From an uncultured Gemmatimonadales bacterium (lineage in GTDB: Bacteria > Gemmatimonadota > Gemmatimonadetes > Gemmatimonadales > Gemmatimonadaceae), in contig CAWKNZ010000001.1 of NCBI GenBank assembly GCA_963851265.1, positions 64,001-128,000 of the forward strand: a stretch of DNA of 64,000 nt, written 5' to 3'. Numbering within the stretch: the first letter of the stretch is position 1; every line of letters begins with the position of its first letter. The notes under the pieces are model-generated. The model was not told where the DNA came from. It ran no database searches and saw nothing but the letters and a program-made list of their open reading frames with translations. A program made the translations under genes and the position numbers. Positions 28,550 to 38,443 of this stretch are shown piece after piece.

Positions 28550-28617
28550 GGGTGCTGCTCCTCTTCAGGGATGGCCTACGCGAACCCGCGATGACGCGAG
28601 CAAGTGTAGCCTCCTCA

Positions 28618-28648
28618 GTTACAGAAATCTACATATGAAATCTGTAAC
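28618..28648. promoter_or_regulatory. Probable TetR operator upstream of the AKR-tetR pair
   Basis: AT-rich GTTACAGA-N15-TCTGTAAC inverted repeat. Confidence 0.6.
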
Positions 28649-28666
28649 GTCCGCGTCTCGACTCGT

Positions 28667-30088
28667 TCAGCGGCCGGGGAGCGGGGCGTCGCCGGTGCGC
28701 GCGGCCTCACGCCGCGCCGCGTCCAGCTGCGCCCGCACCGCCGCGGGCCCGGTCCCGCCGGGCAGGTCGCGGTGCGCCACGCTCGCCTCGGGCGCGAGCG
28801 CGGGACCCGCGCCGGCGAGCGCCGGGTGCGCGGCGGCGTAGCGCGCGTTGCCCAACGCATCCAGCTCCACCCCGCCCTCCTCGGCCTCGCGCACGAGGGC
28901 GCCGACCGCGCCGTGGGCCTCGCGGAACGTCGCCCCGCGCCGCACCATGTGGTCGGCGAGGTCGGTGGCCATCATCGCCGGCGTGACCGCGGCGCGCAGC
29001 CGCGCGGTGTCGAAGGTGAGCTCGGCGACCGTCCCGGCCGTCGCGGGGAGCACGACGAGCGCGAGGTCCACGGCGTCGAACAGCGCGCGCTTGTCGTCCT
29101 GCAGGTCCTTGTTGTACCCGCTCGGCAGCCCCTTGAGCGCGCCGAGCATCGCCACCAGGTCGCCTAACGAACGGGCCGCCGCGCCGCGCGCGAGCTCCAG
29201 CGCGTCGGGGTTCCGCTTCTGCGGCATCATGCTCGACCCCGTCGAGAACCCGTCGCCGAAGCGCACGAACCCGAACTCGCTCGAGCCGAAGAGGATGAGG
29301 TCCTCGGCGAGCCGCGACAGGTGCGCCCCCATGAGCGCGAGCGCGAACAGCACCTCGGCCACGAAGTCGCGGTCGCCCACGGCGTCGATGCTGTTCTCGC
29401 TCACCGCCTCGAAGCCGAGCGCGCGGCGCAGCGACTCGCGCGGGACCGGGAAGGCCGAGCCCGCGATGGCGCCGGAGCCTAACGGCATCGTCGACGCGCC
29501 GCGGGCGGCCCCGGCCAGCCGCCGGCGGTCGCGCGCGAGCGGCCACACGTGCGCCAGCAGCCAGTGCGCCGCCGAGACGGGCTGCGCGCGCTGCAGGTGC
29601 GTGTAGGCGGGCATGAGCGCGTCCTGCAGCCCCTCGGCGCGCCCGACGAGCACCGCCTGCAGCTCGCGCGCGGCCGCGTCCACCCGGCGGCAGGCGTCCA
29701 TCGCCCAGAGCCGGGTCGCGGTCGCCACCTGGTCGTTGCGGCTGCGCCCCGTGTGCAGCTTGCCCGCCGCGGGTGCGCCGTCCAACACCTCGTGGAGCAG
29801 CCGGTCGATGAACGTGTGCACGTCCTCGTCGGCCGCGGTCGTCGGCTCGCCGGCCGCGATCCGCTCGCCGACCCGGTCGAGTCCCGCGACGATCTGGTCG
29901 CGCTCCGCCGGGGTGAGCACGCCGCCCTCGGCCAGCGCGGCGGCCCACGCCTGCGACAGGCGGATGTCGTGCGGCCAGAGGCGGAGGTCGACGCCGATGC
30001 TGCGGTTGATCGCGTCGAGGAGGGGGGAGGGGCCGCCGGCAAAGCGGCCACCCCAGAGCTTGTGGCCGGGGGACGGGACGGAAGTCAT
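28667..30088 (-). CDS. argH: Argininosuccinate lyase
   Basis: LWGGRF, LHTGRSRNDQ, YTHLQRAQP, GSSMMPQKRNPD. Confidence 0.97.
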   Translation of the reverse strand: MTSVPSPGHKLWGGRFAGGPSPLLDAINRSIGVDLRLWPHDIRLSQAWAAALAEGGVLTPAERDQIVAGLDRVGERIAAGEPTTAADEDVHTFIDRLLHEVLDGAPAAGKLHTGRSRNDQVATATRLWAMDACRRVDAAARELQAVLVGRAEGLQDALMPAYTHLQRAQPVSAAHWLLAHVWPLARDRRRLAGAARGASTMPLGSGAIAGSAFPVPRESLRRALGFEAVSENSIDAVGDRDFVAEVLFALALMGAHLSRLAEDLILFGSSEFGFVRFGDGFSTGSSMMPQKRNPDALELARGAAARSLGDLVAMLGALKGLPSGYNKDLQDDKRALFDAVDLALVVLPATAGTVAELTFDTARLRAAVTPAMMATDLADHMVRRGATFREAHGAVGALVREAEEGGVELDALGNARYAAAHPALAGAGPALAPEASVAHRDLPGGTGPAAVRAQLDAARREAARTGDAPLPGR

Positions 30089-30170
30089 GCCGAAAGATGC
30101 GTCGCCCGCGCGCGGCGCGGTCGCGCGCCGCGCGCGGAACGACAGACGTGGGGCCGTCGTTCCGCCGCGC

Positions 30171-31544
30171 TCAGTCTCCCGCCAGCGCCGGCTCGCTCTG
30201 CTCCGCTTCGACGGTCGGGAACTTCGCATCGCCCGACGCGATCGGCGCGTCGGTGGACGCCTCGTTGGCGGGTACGGCGGCGAGCCGCGCGGGGGTCGCC
30301 GTCACCGCGCCCGACTGCTCCAGGTCCTTGAGCGCGCGCACCCGCTGCGACAGCCCGTACAGGCGGATGAAGCCGGCCGCATCGGACTGCTGGTAGACGT
30401 CGTCCTCGCCGAAGGTGACGAAGCGCTCGTCGTAGAGGGCGTGCGGGCTCTCGCGGCCCACCACGGCGGCCGAGCCCTTGAAGAGGCGCATCGTGACCGT
30501 GCCCGACACGCGCTCCTGCGTCACGTTCACGAACGCGTCGTAGGCCTCACGCTCGGTGGTCCACCAGCGGCCCTCGTAGACGAGGTCCGCGTAGCGCGGC
30601 GCGATCACGTCCTTGGCGGCGAGGGTGCGCCGGTCGAGGACGAGCTGCTCGAGCTCCGAGTGCGCGGCATACAGGATGGTGCCGCCCGGCGTCTCGTAGA
30701 CGCCGCGCGACTTCATTCCGATGAGGCGGTCCTCGACGAGGTCGATGCGGCCGACGCCGTGGCGGGAGCCCAACGAGTTGAGCCGCTCGAGGAGGGCGAC
30801 CGGGCCGAGCCGCTCGCCGTCGACGGCCACCGGGGTGCCCTGCTCGAAGGTGATCGTGACCTGCTCGGGCGCGTCGGGCGCGGCGGTGACGGGGTCGGCC
30901 GTGAGCTGGAACATGTCCTCGGCCGGCGCGACGGCCGGGTTCTCGAGCTGCCCGCCCTCGTGCGACAGGTGCCAGATGTTGGAGTCGCGCGAGTAGATCT
31001 TGGTCAGCGTCGCGGTCACGGGCACGCCCTTCTCGGCCGCGTAGCGCAGCGCGTCCTCGCGCGAGCGGATGTCCCACTCGCGCCACGGCGCGATCACGGG
31101 CAGCTCGGGGGCGAACGCCATGTAGGTCAGCTCGAAGCGGACTTGGTCGTTGCCCTTGCCGGTGCAGCCGTGCGCGAGCGCGTCGGCGCCGACCTGGCGC
31201 GCGACCTCGACCTGACGGCGCGCGATGAGCGGGCGCGCCATCGAGGTGCCGAGCAGGTACTTGCGGTCGTAGATGGCGCCGGCGCGGAGCGTCGGGAAGA
31301 TGAAGTCGCGGACGAACTCCTCGCGCAGGTCCTCGATGTAGCAGGCCTCGGCGCCCGACGCGATGGCCTTCTGCCGCACGCCGTCCAGCTCGTCGCCCTG
31401 CCCGATGTCGGCCGCCACGCAGATGACCTTCGCGCCCGGGTAGTGTTCCTTGAGCCACGGGACGATGATCGAGGTGTCGAGCCCGCCCGAGTAGGCGAGT
31501 GCGATGGTGCGGACGGCGGGGGTTAGCGGCGACGAGCGGGACAT
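30171..31544 (-). CDS. argG: Argininosuccinate synthase
   Basis: [42 protein letters not shown]. Confidence 0.98.
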   Translation of the reverse strand: MSRSSPLTPAVRTIALAYSGGLDTSIIVPWLKEHYPGAKVICVAADIGQGDELDGVRQKAIASGAEACYIEDLREEFVRDFIFPTLRAGAIYDRKYLLGTSMARPLIARRQVEVARQVGADALAHGCTGKGNDQVRFELTYMAFAPELPVIAPWREWDIRSREDALRYAAEKGVPVTATLTKIYSRDSNIWHLSHEGGQLENPAVAPAEDMFQLTADPVTAAPDAPEQVTITFEQGTPVAVDGERLGPVALLERLNSLGSRHGVGRIDLVEDRLIGMKSRGVYETPGGTILYAAHSELEQLVLDRRTLAAKDVIAPRYADLVYEGRWWTTEREAYDAFVNVTQERVSGTVTMRLFKGSAAVVGRESPHALYDERFVTFGEDDVYQQSDAAGFIRLYGLSQRVRALKDLEQSGAVTATPARLAAVPANEASTDAPIASGDAKFPTVEAEQSEPALAGD

Positions 31545-31557
31545 GGGCGACTCCGGT

Positions 31558-31584
31558 TAGATATGCAGATTATCTGCATATCTA
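31558..31584. promoter_or_regulatory. Perfect palindrome upstream of argG; candidate ArgR operator
   Basis: TAGATATGCAGAT-T-ATCTGCATATCTA, 13-bp arms; ARG-box-like TGCA...TGCA core. Confidence 0.65.
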
Positions 31585-31778
31585 GCCAATCCGGGGGGGA
31601 TGTCAACGAGATTGCGGGGCGCGCGCGCTGCGAGTTGGATGCCGGCGCCGGTCGCCGGGCTCGGGTGGACTGGCGCGCGCGTGGTACGCGCGCCACTCTC
31701 TAGGGCACGCCGGCGTGCGGCGCGCATTGCGAGTACGCGGAAGCAGACTCGGCGACGCCGAGGAGGGGGGAAGAGGAG

Positions 31779-32336
31779 ATGCGGACGAGCACTGGGGGCT
31801 GGCGGTGTGCGGTCGCGTGGGTGGTGGTGGCGGGTTGTGCGAGTGGGGGGAGCGGCGGCGCGACGCGTGGGGCGAACGATCCACGGCCCGTGGCTGTGCG
31901 GGGTGCGACGGACGGTTCGTCGCGGACGCGCCTGGACGACAGTGTCCAGGTGGGCTACGGAATGCAGCAGCGCCGTCAGATGACGGGGAGCGTGGCGAGC
32001 GTGTCGGGAGACGACGCACGCACGCAGCACATGATGCGGACCGAAGAGCTGCTGATGCGGGTGCCGGGCGTGATGGTCACGCCGCACAGCGACGGGAGCT
32101 ACAGCGTCGTGATCCGCGGCGTGTCGACGCTCAGCCCGTTCGCGCGGACCGACCCGCTGTTCGTGATCGACGGGATGGCGGTGAACGACGGCGTGGGCGT
32201 GTTGAACAGCATCCCACCGCAGGACGTGGAGCGGATCGACGTGATCAAGGATGCGGAGGCGAGCATCTACGGATCGCGCGCGGCGAACGGGGTGATTCTG
32301 GTGCGCACGCGGCACGCGAGGCCCGCGCACGACTAG
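31779..32336 (+). CDS. Stand-alone TonB-dependent-receptor plug-domain lipoprotein
   Basis: VAGC lipobox; VGYG...TGSVASV, PGV, IRG, PLFVIDG, IDVIKD..ASIYGSRAANGVILVRT, then stop. Confidence 0.85.
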   Translation: MRTSTGGWRCAVAWVVVAGCASGGSGGATRGANDPRPVAVRGATDGSSRTRLDDSVQVGYGMQQRRQMTGSVASVSGDDARTQHMMRTEELLMRVPGVMVTPHSDGSYSVVIRGVSTLSPFARTDPLFVIDGMAVNDGVGVLNSIPPQDVERIDVIKDAEASIYGSRAANGVILVRTRHARPAHD

Positions 32337-32471
32337 TGGCCCGCCAGGGTAGTCGTGGCGGTTGGGAGTAGCGGCGGGCCAGCGTGGGGTGGATGTCGGT
32401 CGAGGTGAAGCGCCAGGTCGTGCCGACGTCGGCGTTCCATTTCTTCGGGGGCCTCCTCACGCACCGGCCGG

Positions 32472-32963
32472 TCAGTGCGCGCCATCGGCGGCGGGACGGG
32501 GGCGTCGGGGCCGGCGCGCGCGGGCGACGGTGGGGAGTGGCGGGGCCGCCTCGTGCACGGCGCGTACGGTGCCGACCACGCGAGCGAGGCCGCGCACGAG
32601 GCGCAGCGCGTCGGCGGAGTCGGCGAGGAGGGCGGCGACGCCGGCCGGGGTGGCGAGCTGGAGGCGTTCGGCGAGCAGGGCGAGCGTCTCGACGCGGGCG
32701 AGGGCGGATTGCGCGGCGAGGAGGGCGCGGCGGTGTTCCGCTCGATCGTAAGCGAGGTTGCCGGCCGCGATGTGGGCGGGCGCGGCGGCACCCGCGCGGC
32801 GCAGGTCGGTGCCGAGGCGGTCCTGGTCGGCCGCGGGCAGCGTCGCGGCCAGCTCGTGCGCGTGGGCGGCGACGTCGAGGGCGCGCTGCCACGCGCGGAG
32901 GATGCGGTAGCCGGCGGGCGGGGTGGGGGTGGTGTGCGAGGTGAGGGCGGCGAGGTTGGTCAT
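32472..32963 (-). CDS. Four-helix-bundle protein (23S rRNA IVS protein family)
   Basis: YRILRAWQRA...LP......L...LRRA..A.PAHIAAG pattern. Confidence 0.7.
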   Translation of the reverse strand: MTNLAALTSHTTPTPPAGYRILRAWQRALDVAAHAHELAATLPAADQDRLGTDLRRAGAAAPAHIAAGNLAYDRAEHRRALLAAQSALARVETLALLAERLQLATPAGVAALLADSADALRLVRGLARVVGTVRAVHEAAPPLPTVARARRPRRPRPAADGAH

Positions 32964-33114
32964 GGGCGGCTCCGGGTGAGAGGAGCGGCCACGGTAGGCC
33001 GTGCCGGCCGCTCGGTGGGAGGCCGAAACGTCGCCGAGTGGGGTCGGATGGTGCGGCGGACGGCGAGCGGCCCGTAGTCGCCGGCTCGCCTGTCCGATCG
33101 GCTCGCCGGCCGTG

Positions 33115-33603
33115 CTACCCGGCTCCCGCGAGCTGCTGCAGGCGTTCGGTGATGCGCAGCCGGGCGTCCGTCGAGCGGCAGATGATGAGGATCGTGTCGT
33201 CGCCGCCGATCGTGCCGATGACGTCGGGCCAGGCGGCGGCGTCGAGGGCGGCGGCGATGGGTTGGGCGCCGCTCGGGACGGTGTGGACGACCGCGAGTTC
33301 GCCGACGCCGTCGAGTCGGTCGAACAGTTGCGGGAGGAGGGTGGCGAGGGCGGCGCGTGCCTGGTCGGCGCCGGAGGTCGCGTTGGCGTTCGTGGAGATG
33401 TAGCGCATGCCGTCGCCGGTGGGGACGCGGGCGAGGCGGAGTTCGTGCAGGTCGCGCGAGAGGGTGGACTGCGTCACGTCCCAGCCGCGGTCGTGGAGGT
33501 GGCGGCGGAGTTCCTCCTGGCTGCCCACGACGTGCGCGCCGACGATGTCGAGGATGGCGCGGTGGCGGTCGCGTTTGGTCGTGGCGGACGGTTGGGCAGT
33601 CAT
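33115..33603 (-). CDS. argR: Arginine repressor
   Basis: SQEELR, VTQSTLSRDL, GTIGGDDTILII; TATTCT 5 nt before ATG 33603. Confidence 0.93.
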   Translation of the reverse strand: MTAQPSATTKRDRHRAILDIVGAHVVGSQEELRRHLHDRGWDVTQSTLSRDLHELRLARVPTGDGMRYISTNANATSGADQARAALATLLPQLFDRLDGVGELAVVHTVPSGAQPIAAALDAAAWPDVIGTIGGDDTILIICRSTDARLRITERLQQLAGAG

Positions 33604-33653
33604 CCTGCAGAATACGGGCGGGGTCACGGCGTTCGCCAGCATATTTTACCGTC

Positions 33654-34610
33654 ATGACCGCCCCTCCTCGTAAGCCGAGTGTGCCAAAGCCGACGGTGCC
33701 GAAGCCGAGTGCGCGGAGTGGTGGGAAGCCCGGAGCGCGGCCGATGGTCGCGCTGGACCGGGCGCTGGAGCGGTTGCCGCTGTTCCGGCTCAGCGATTCG
33801 GCGGACGATGGGGCGCTGACGTACGTGCCGCGTCCCGGGTCGCGGTGGCGGGTGCTGCCTGCACCGGGCGACCGGCTGCCGGGTACGTTCGACCAGGACG
33901 TGTACGTGGGGCTGCTGCACTGGTGGACCGAGGCCGGCCGTCCGGATGACGGCGCGATCAGTTTCACGCTCCACGCCTTTCTGCGCGCGCTGGGCCGCAC
34001 GCCCGACGGGCGCACGTACGAGCAGCTGCGCGGGGCGTTGACGCGGTTGGAGCGCACGACGCTCGAGTCGAGCGGGGCGGCGTACGCGACCGGCGGGGTG
34101 GAGGACGTGGGCGGCGTGTCGCGGTTCGCGGTGCTCGCCTCGGTGGTGATCGAGCGGCGGCGGGTGGTCGAGGAGGAGCAGCAGGAGCAGCTGGCGCTCT
34201 TTCCGGAGCTGGCCGCGACCGAGCCGGGGGACGCGCGGGTCGTGTTGGGGCCGGCGTTGCGGGCGAGCGTGGCCGCCGGGCGCACGTCGACCATCTCGTG
34301 GGCGCGGTACCAGCGGCTGCGGTCGCCGGTGGCGCGGCGGCTGTACCGCCTGCTCACGGCGTTGTGGGCCGACGGGGCCGGCGAGGCCGGGTCGGAGATC
34401 GACGGGCTGGAGGGCGGGCGGTGCCGGGTGCCGCTGGAGCGGTGGGCGGAACAGCTGCCGCTCACGCAACGTTACCCGTCGCACCTGCAGCGCGTGCTCG
34501 CCCCGGCGCACGAGATGCTGATGAAGGTCGGGGTGGTGAGCGCGGCGGCGTGCGTGCAGGACGGGCGCGCGTGGTGGGTCGAGTACGCCGCGCCGTCGCG
34601 ACCGTCGTAG
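33654..34610 (+). CDS. Replication initiator protein A (RPA-family)-like protein
   Basis: LPLFRLS, TFDQDVYVGLL, ISFTLHAFLRALG..PDGRTYEQLRGALTRL, YQRLRSPVARRLYRLL. Confidence 0.7.
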   Translation: MTAPPRKPSVPKPTVPKPSARSGGKPGARPMVALDRALERLPLFRLSDSADDGALTYVPRPGSRWRVLPAPGDRLPGTFDQDVYVGLLHWWTEAGRPDDGAISFTLHAFLRALGRTPDGRTYEQLRGALTRLERTTLESSGAAYATGGVEDVGGVSRFAVLASVVIERRRVVEEEQQEQLALFPELAATEPGDARVVLGPALRASVAAGRTSTISWARYQRLRSPVARRLYRLLTALWADGAGEAGSEIDGLEGGRCRVPLERWAEQLPLTQRYPSHLQRVLAPAHEMLMKVGVVSAAACVQDGRAWWVEYAAPSRPS

Positions 34611-34679
34611 GAACTCCTCCGCCCGCGGCGTGGTATCCGCTACGTTGCTGGTCCCCCACTCCGTCGAGCGTCGAAGCGC

Positions 34680-36332
34680 ATGCGTCTGACCCGTCGTACC
34701 GGCCGGATGGCCGCCGTCGCCACCGTTGCCCTCGTGCCACTGGTGGCCGGGGGGTGGCTCGCCCAGTCCCGAGGTGCGCGCGAGGGCCCGCAGCTCCTCG
34801 AGCAGACCATGGGGCTGATTTCGCAGCGTTTCGTCGACACGGTCGGCGCGGGGCTGCTCTACGAGAAGGCGGCGCGGGGGCTCGTCAAGGAGCTCAACGA
34901 TCCGTACTCGGAGCTGTTCACGCCGAAGCAGATCGCCGACTTCACCCGCAACACCAACGGGCGCTACGCGGGTATCGGGATGGAGATCACGCCGCCGCAG
35001 GCCGGCTACGTGACGGTGTCGCGCGTCTTCCCGCACTCGCCGGCCGAAGGCGCGGGGGTGCAGGAAGGTGACCGCATCGCGGGGATCGACACGGCGAGCG
35101 CGAAGGGCTGGTCGAGCACGCAGGTGTCCAACACGCTGCTCGGCACGCCGGGCACGCCGGTGACCGTCAAGTTCCTGCGCCCGGGCGTGACGCAGCCGAT
35201 CGTGGCGCGGCTGACGCGCGCGATCATCCACGTGCCGGCCGTGCAGTTCGGGATGGTGCTCGACGGCACCGTGGGCTACGTGCCGGTGCAGCGCTTCAAC
35301 GAGACGACGGCCCAGGAGATCGCCGACGCGATCCGCACGCTCGAGCGGCAGGGGGCGAAGAGCCTCGTGCTCGATCTGCGCGACAACGGCGGCGGGATCC
35401 TCGACCAGGCCGTCGCGACGAGCAACCTGTTCATGCGCCGCGGCCAGGAGATCCTGAGCCAGCGCGGGCGGCAGGGCGAGTCGCAGGTGTACGTCGCCAC
35501 CGAGGCGCCGCTCGCGCCCACCATCCCGATGGTCGTGATGACCAACGGCGGCACGGCGTCGGCATCCGAAATCGTCGCGGGCGCGCTGCAGGACCACGAC
35601 CGCGCGCTCGTGGTCGGCACGACGAGCTTCGGGAAGGGGCTCGTGCAGACGCTCTTCCCGCTCGACGGCGGGTACGCGTTGAAGCTGACGACGGCCAAGT
35701 GGTTCACGCCCACGGGGCGCTCGATCCACAAGGAGCGCAAGCTGCAGGCGGACGGCCAGTTCGTCGAGGTCCACCCCGACTCGCTCGAGACGGACTCGGC
35801 CAAGAAGGCGCGCCCGGTGTACCACAGCGACGCGGGCCGGGTGGTCTACGGGGGCGGCGCGATCACGCCCGATGTGACGGTCAAGCCCGACACGCTCACC
35901 ACGCCGGAGCAGACGTTGGCGAAGGCGCTGGCGCCGAAGTTCCCCGAGATCTACGGCATCCTGAGCGACATCGCGTATGCGAAGCGCGGGCAGGTCCGCC
36001 CCGACTTCACGGTGCTGCCGGCGTGGCGCGAGGAGTTCTACCAGCGGCTGGTCGCGGCGAAGATTCCGGTCGACCGCGCGCAGTGGAACGCGGGGCACGA
36101 GTGGGTCGACCGCCAGATCGAGCAGCGCGTCGCGCGGGTGGCGTTCGGCGACACGACGGCGTTCCGGCATGCGATGAAGGACGACGTGCAGCTGGAGCGT
36201 GCGGTGCAGATCCTCAAGAAGGGCAGCACGCAAAAGGAGCTGTTCGCGGTGGCGCAGGCGATGGCCCCGGCGAGCACGGCCAACCGGATGGTGGCCCCGA
36301 GGGCGACGACGGCGTCGACGCCGCAGCGGTAG
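34680..36332 (+). CDS. ctpA: S41 family carboxyl-terminal processing protease
   Basis: DPYS, GIGM (PDZ), LDLRDNGGG, TASASEI, SFGKGLVQ. Confidence 0.93.
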   Translation: MRLTRRTGRMAAVATVALVPLVAGGWLAQSRGAREGPQLLEQTMGLISQRFVDTVGAGLLYEKAARGLVKELNDPYSELFTPKQIADFTRNTNGRYAGIGMEITPPQAGYVTVSRVFPHSPAEGAGVQEGDRIAGIDTASAKGWSSTQVSNTLLGTPGTPVTVKFLRPGVTQPIVARLTRAIIHVPAVQFGMVLDGTVGYVPVQRFNETTAQEIADAIRTLERQGAKSLVLDLRDNGGGILDQAVATSNLFMRRGQEILSQRGRQGESQVYVATEAPLAPTIPMVVMTNGGTASASEIVAGALQDHDRALVVGTTSFGKGLVQTLFPLDGGYALKLTTAKWFTPTGRSIHKERKLQADGQFVEVHPDSLETDSAKKARPVYHSDAGRVVYGGGAITPDVTVKPDTLTTPEQTLAKALAPKFPEIYGILSDIAYAKRGQVRPDFTVLPAWREEFYQRLVAAKIPVDRAQWNAGHEWVDRQIEQRVARVAFGDTTAFRHAMKDDVQLERAVQILKKGSTQKELFAVAQAMAPASTANRMVAPRATTASTPQR

Positions 36333-36350
36333 TCAGCAGGGGGAGAGAGA

Positions 36351-36389
36351 GGACCGGGGGCTCGAAAGGGCGACCCGGTCCTTTTTTTT
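36351..36389 (+). terminator. Rho-independent terminator
   Basis: ggaccggg...cccggtcc stem followed by T8. Confidence 0.88.
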
Positions 36390-36476
36390 GGGCGGGAGCG
36401 GTTCCGTGAGAGGAGGTCCGCCCGATCCGCGCCACCACACCGCCGGTTCCAACGCTCCGGCTCTCATCCAGCCTCC

Positions 36477-37529
36477 ATGCCCCGCGTCCTCGCGCTGCTC
36501 CTCCTCTGCCTGGCCTCGTCGTCGCTCCCTGCGCAGATCCCGACCGGCTCGCGCCCGGTGCCGGCCGACAGCGGCGAGCGTCACCTGACCAACGTCCGCC
36601 AGCTCACCTTCGGCGGCGAGAACGCCGAGGCCTACTTCAGCGCCAGCGGCGACTACCTCACCTTCCAGGGGCGCGTCGACCAGACCGGCTGCGACCAGCA
36701 GTACGTGGTGCGCGTCGCCGACGGCGGCGCCCTCACGCGCGTCTCGCCGGGCGGGGGCAAGACGACGTGCGGCTTCTTCTACGGCGACGACCGGCGCGTC
36801 CTCTTCGGCTCCACCCACGACAACGTGCGCGGCTGCCCCTCCCCGCCCGACAAGTCGCGCGGCTACGTCTGGAAGCTCGACAAGTACGACGTCTACACCG
36901 CCGCCCGCGACGGCTCCGACGTTAGGCGACTGACCAACTACGGGACGTACACCGCCGAGGCGGTGGTCTCGCCCGACGGCCGGCGCGTCGTGTTCACGTC
37001 GCGCAAGGGCGGGGACCTCGACATCTACACGATGAACGTCGACGGGAGCGACGTCCGCCAGCTCACCCACACGCTCGGCTACGACGGCGGGCCGTGGTGG
37101 AGCCCCGACGGCACGCGGATCGTCTACCGCGCGTGGCACCCGACGGATTCGGCGGACGTGGCGCAGTACAAGGCCCTGCTCGCCGACGACCTCGTGAAGC
37201 CCAACCGGATGGAGCTGTGGGTGATGAACGCCGACGGAAGCGGCCAGCGCCAGATCACGCACCTCGGCGGGGCCAACTTCGGGCCGAGTTGGACCGCGGA
37301 CGGGCGCCGGATCATCTTCTCGAGCAACTACCGGCAGCCGCGGAGCGGGAACTTCGACCTGTACCTCGTGAACCTCGACGGCACCGGGCTGGAGCAGGTC
37401 ACGACGAGCCCTACCTTCGACGGGTTCCCGATGTTCAGCCGCGACGGGCGGCACCTCGTGTGGGCCTCCAACCGCCGCGCCGCGACCCCGGGCGAGACGA
37501 ACCTGTTCGTCGCCGACTGGCGCGAGTGA
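36477..37529 (+). CDS. Exported TolB-like PD40 beta-propeller protein
   Basis: Signal peptide; GENAEAYFS; repeated SPDG..I.F.S and DGS..RQLT units. Confidence 0.88.
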   Translation: MPRVLALLLLCLASSSLPAQIPTGSRPVPADSGERHLTNVRQLTFGGENAEAYFSASGDYLTFQGRVDQTGCDQQYVVRVADGGALTRVSPGGGKTTCGFFYGDDRRVLFGSTHDNVRGCPSPPDKSRGYVWKLDKYDVYTAARDGSDVRRLTNYGTYTAEAVVSPDGRRVVFTSRKGGDLDIYTMNVDGSDVRQLTHTLGYDGGPWWSPDGTRIVYRAWHPTDSADVAQYKALLADDLVKPNRMELWVMNADGSGQRQITHLGGANFGPSWTADGRRIIFSSNYRQPRSGNFDLYLVNLDGTGLEQVTTSPTFDGFPMFSRDGRHLVWASNRRAATPGETNLFVADWRE

Positions 37530-37552
37530 CCACGGCCTAACGTCACCGCACG

Positions 37553-38443
37553 GTGGGCGCGACGGCGCTGCTCCTCGTCCTCGTTTCGGCGGGGTGTCAC
37601 GCGTACTGGAACTTCCTGCTCAAGCGCGCGGGCGGGTCGCACGCGTTCGTCGCGGCCAGCAAGGCGAGCGAGGCGGTGGTCTTCCTGCCCGCGTTCGTCG
37701 CGCTCCTCGTGCGCGCGCCCGCGGGCGCGTTCGACGGCGTGGGCGGTGCGGTGCTCGGCTACGTCGCGGTGGGAACGGCGCTCGTGCTGGCGACCTACGC
37801 CGCCCTCGCCGCGGCCTACCGCCACGGCGACCTCTCGTTCGCGTACCCGATCGCGCGGGGGAGCACGCTCGTCTTCCTCCCCGTGCTCGGCTGGCTCACG
37901 TTCGGCGAGCGACTCGGCCCGCTCGGTTGCGTGGCGGTCGCGGCCATCGTGTCGGGCGTGCTCGCGATGCAGCTGCCGGCGCTCACGCGCGCGGGCGTGC
38001 GGGCGCTCGGCGCGGCGGTGCGCGGGCCCGCGACGGGGTACGCGCTGCTCGTGGCGCTCGTGCTCGCGGGGGGGACGATCTGGGACAAGCTCGCCGTGCG
38101 CGAGGTGCCACTGTTCGCCTACTTCTACGGCTACACGGCGGCCGCGGGGGTGGGCTATCTCGCCATCGTCGTGCGGCGCGAGGGCTGGCCCGCGGTGCGC
38201 GCCGAGTGGCGGGCGCGGCGCGGCACGGCGGTCGCGGTCGGGGTGCTCAACACGACCAGCTACGGCCTCGTGCTGCTCGCGCTGCGCGGGGGCGGGTCGA
38301 CGTACGTGGTCGGGCTGCGGCAGTTGAGCATCGCCGGGGGCGTGGCGTTAGGCGCGCGCCTGGGCGAGCGCGTCACCGCCCCGCGGTGCCTGGGCGTGGG
38401 GCTCGTGGTCGTGGGGTGCGTGCTGATGGCGTGGGGTCGGTGA
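37553..38443 (+). CDS. EamA/DMT family transporter
   Basis: HAYWNFLLK, AYRHGDLSFAYPIARG; about 10 TM. Confidence 0.85.
   Translation: MGATALLLVLVSAGCHAYWNFLLKRAGGSHAFVAASKASEAVVFLPAFVALLVRAPAGAFDGVGGAVLGYVAVGTALVLATYAALAAAYRHGDLSFAYPIARGSTLVFLPVLGWLTFGERLGPLGCVAVAAIVSGVLAMQLPALTRAGVRALGAAVRGPATGYALLVALVLAGGTIWDKLAVREVPLFAYFYGYTAAAGVGYLAIVVRREGWPAVRAEWRARRGTAVAVGVLNTTSYGLVLLALRGGGSTYVVGLRQLSIAGGVALGARLGERVTAPRCLGVGLVVVGCVLMAWGR

Noticed and set aside
32472..32963. Four-helix-bundle protein as the Avd of a diversity-generating retroelement or as an rRNA intervening sequence
   Set aside because: No reverse transcriptase, TR/VR repeat pair or rRNA in the window
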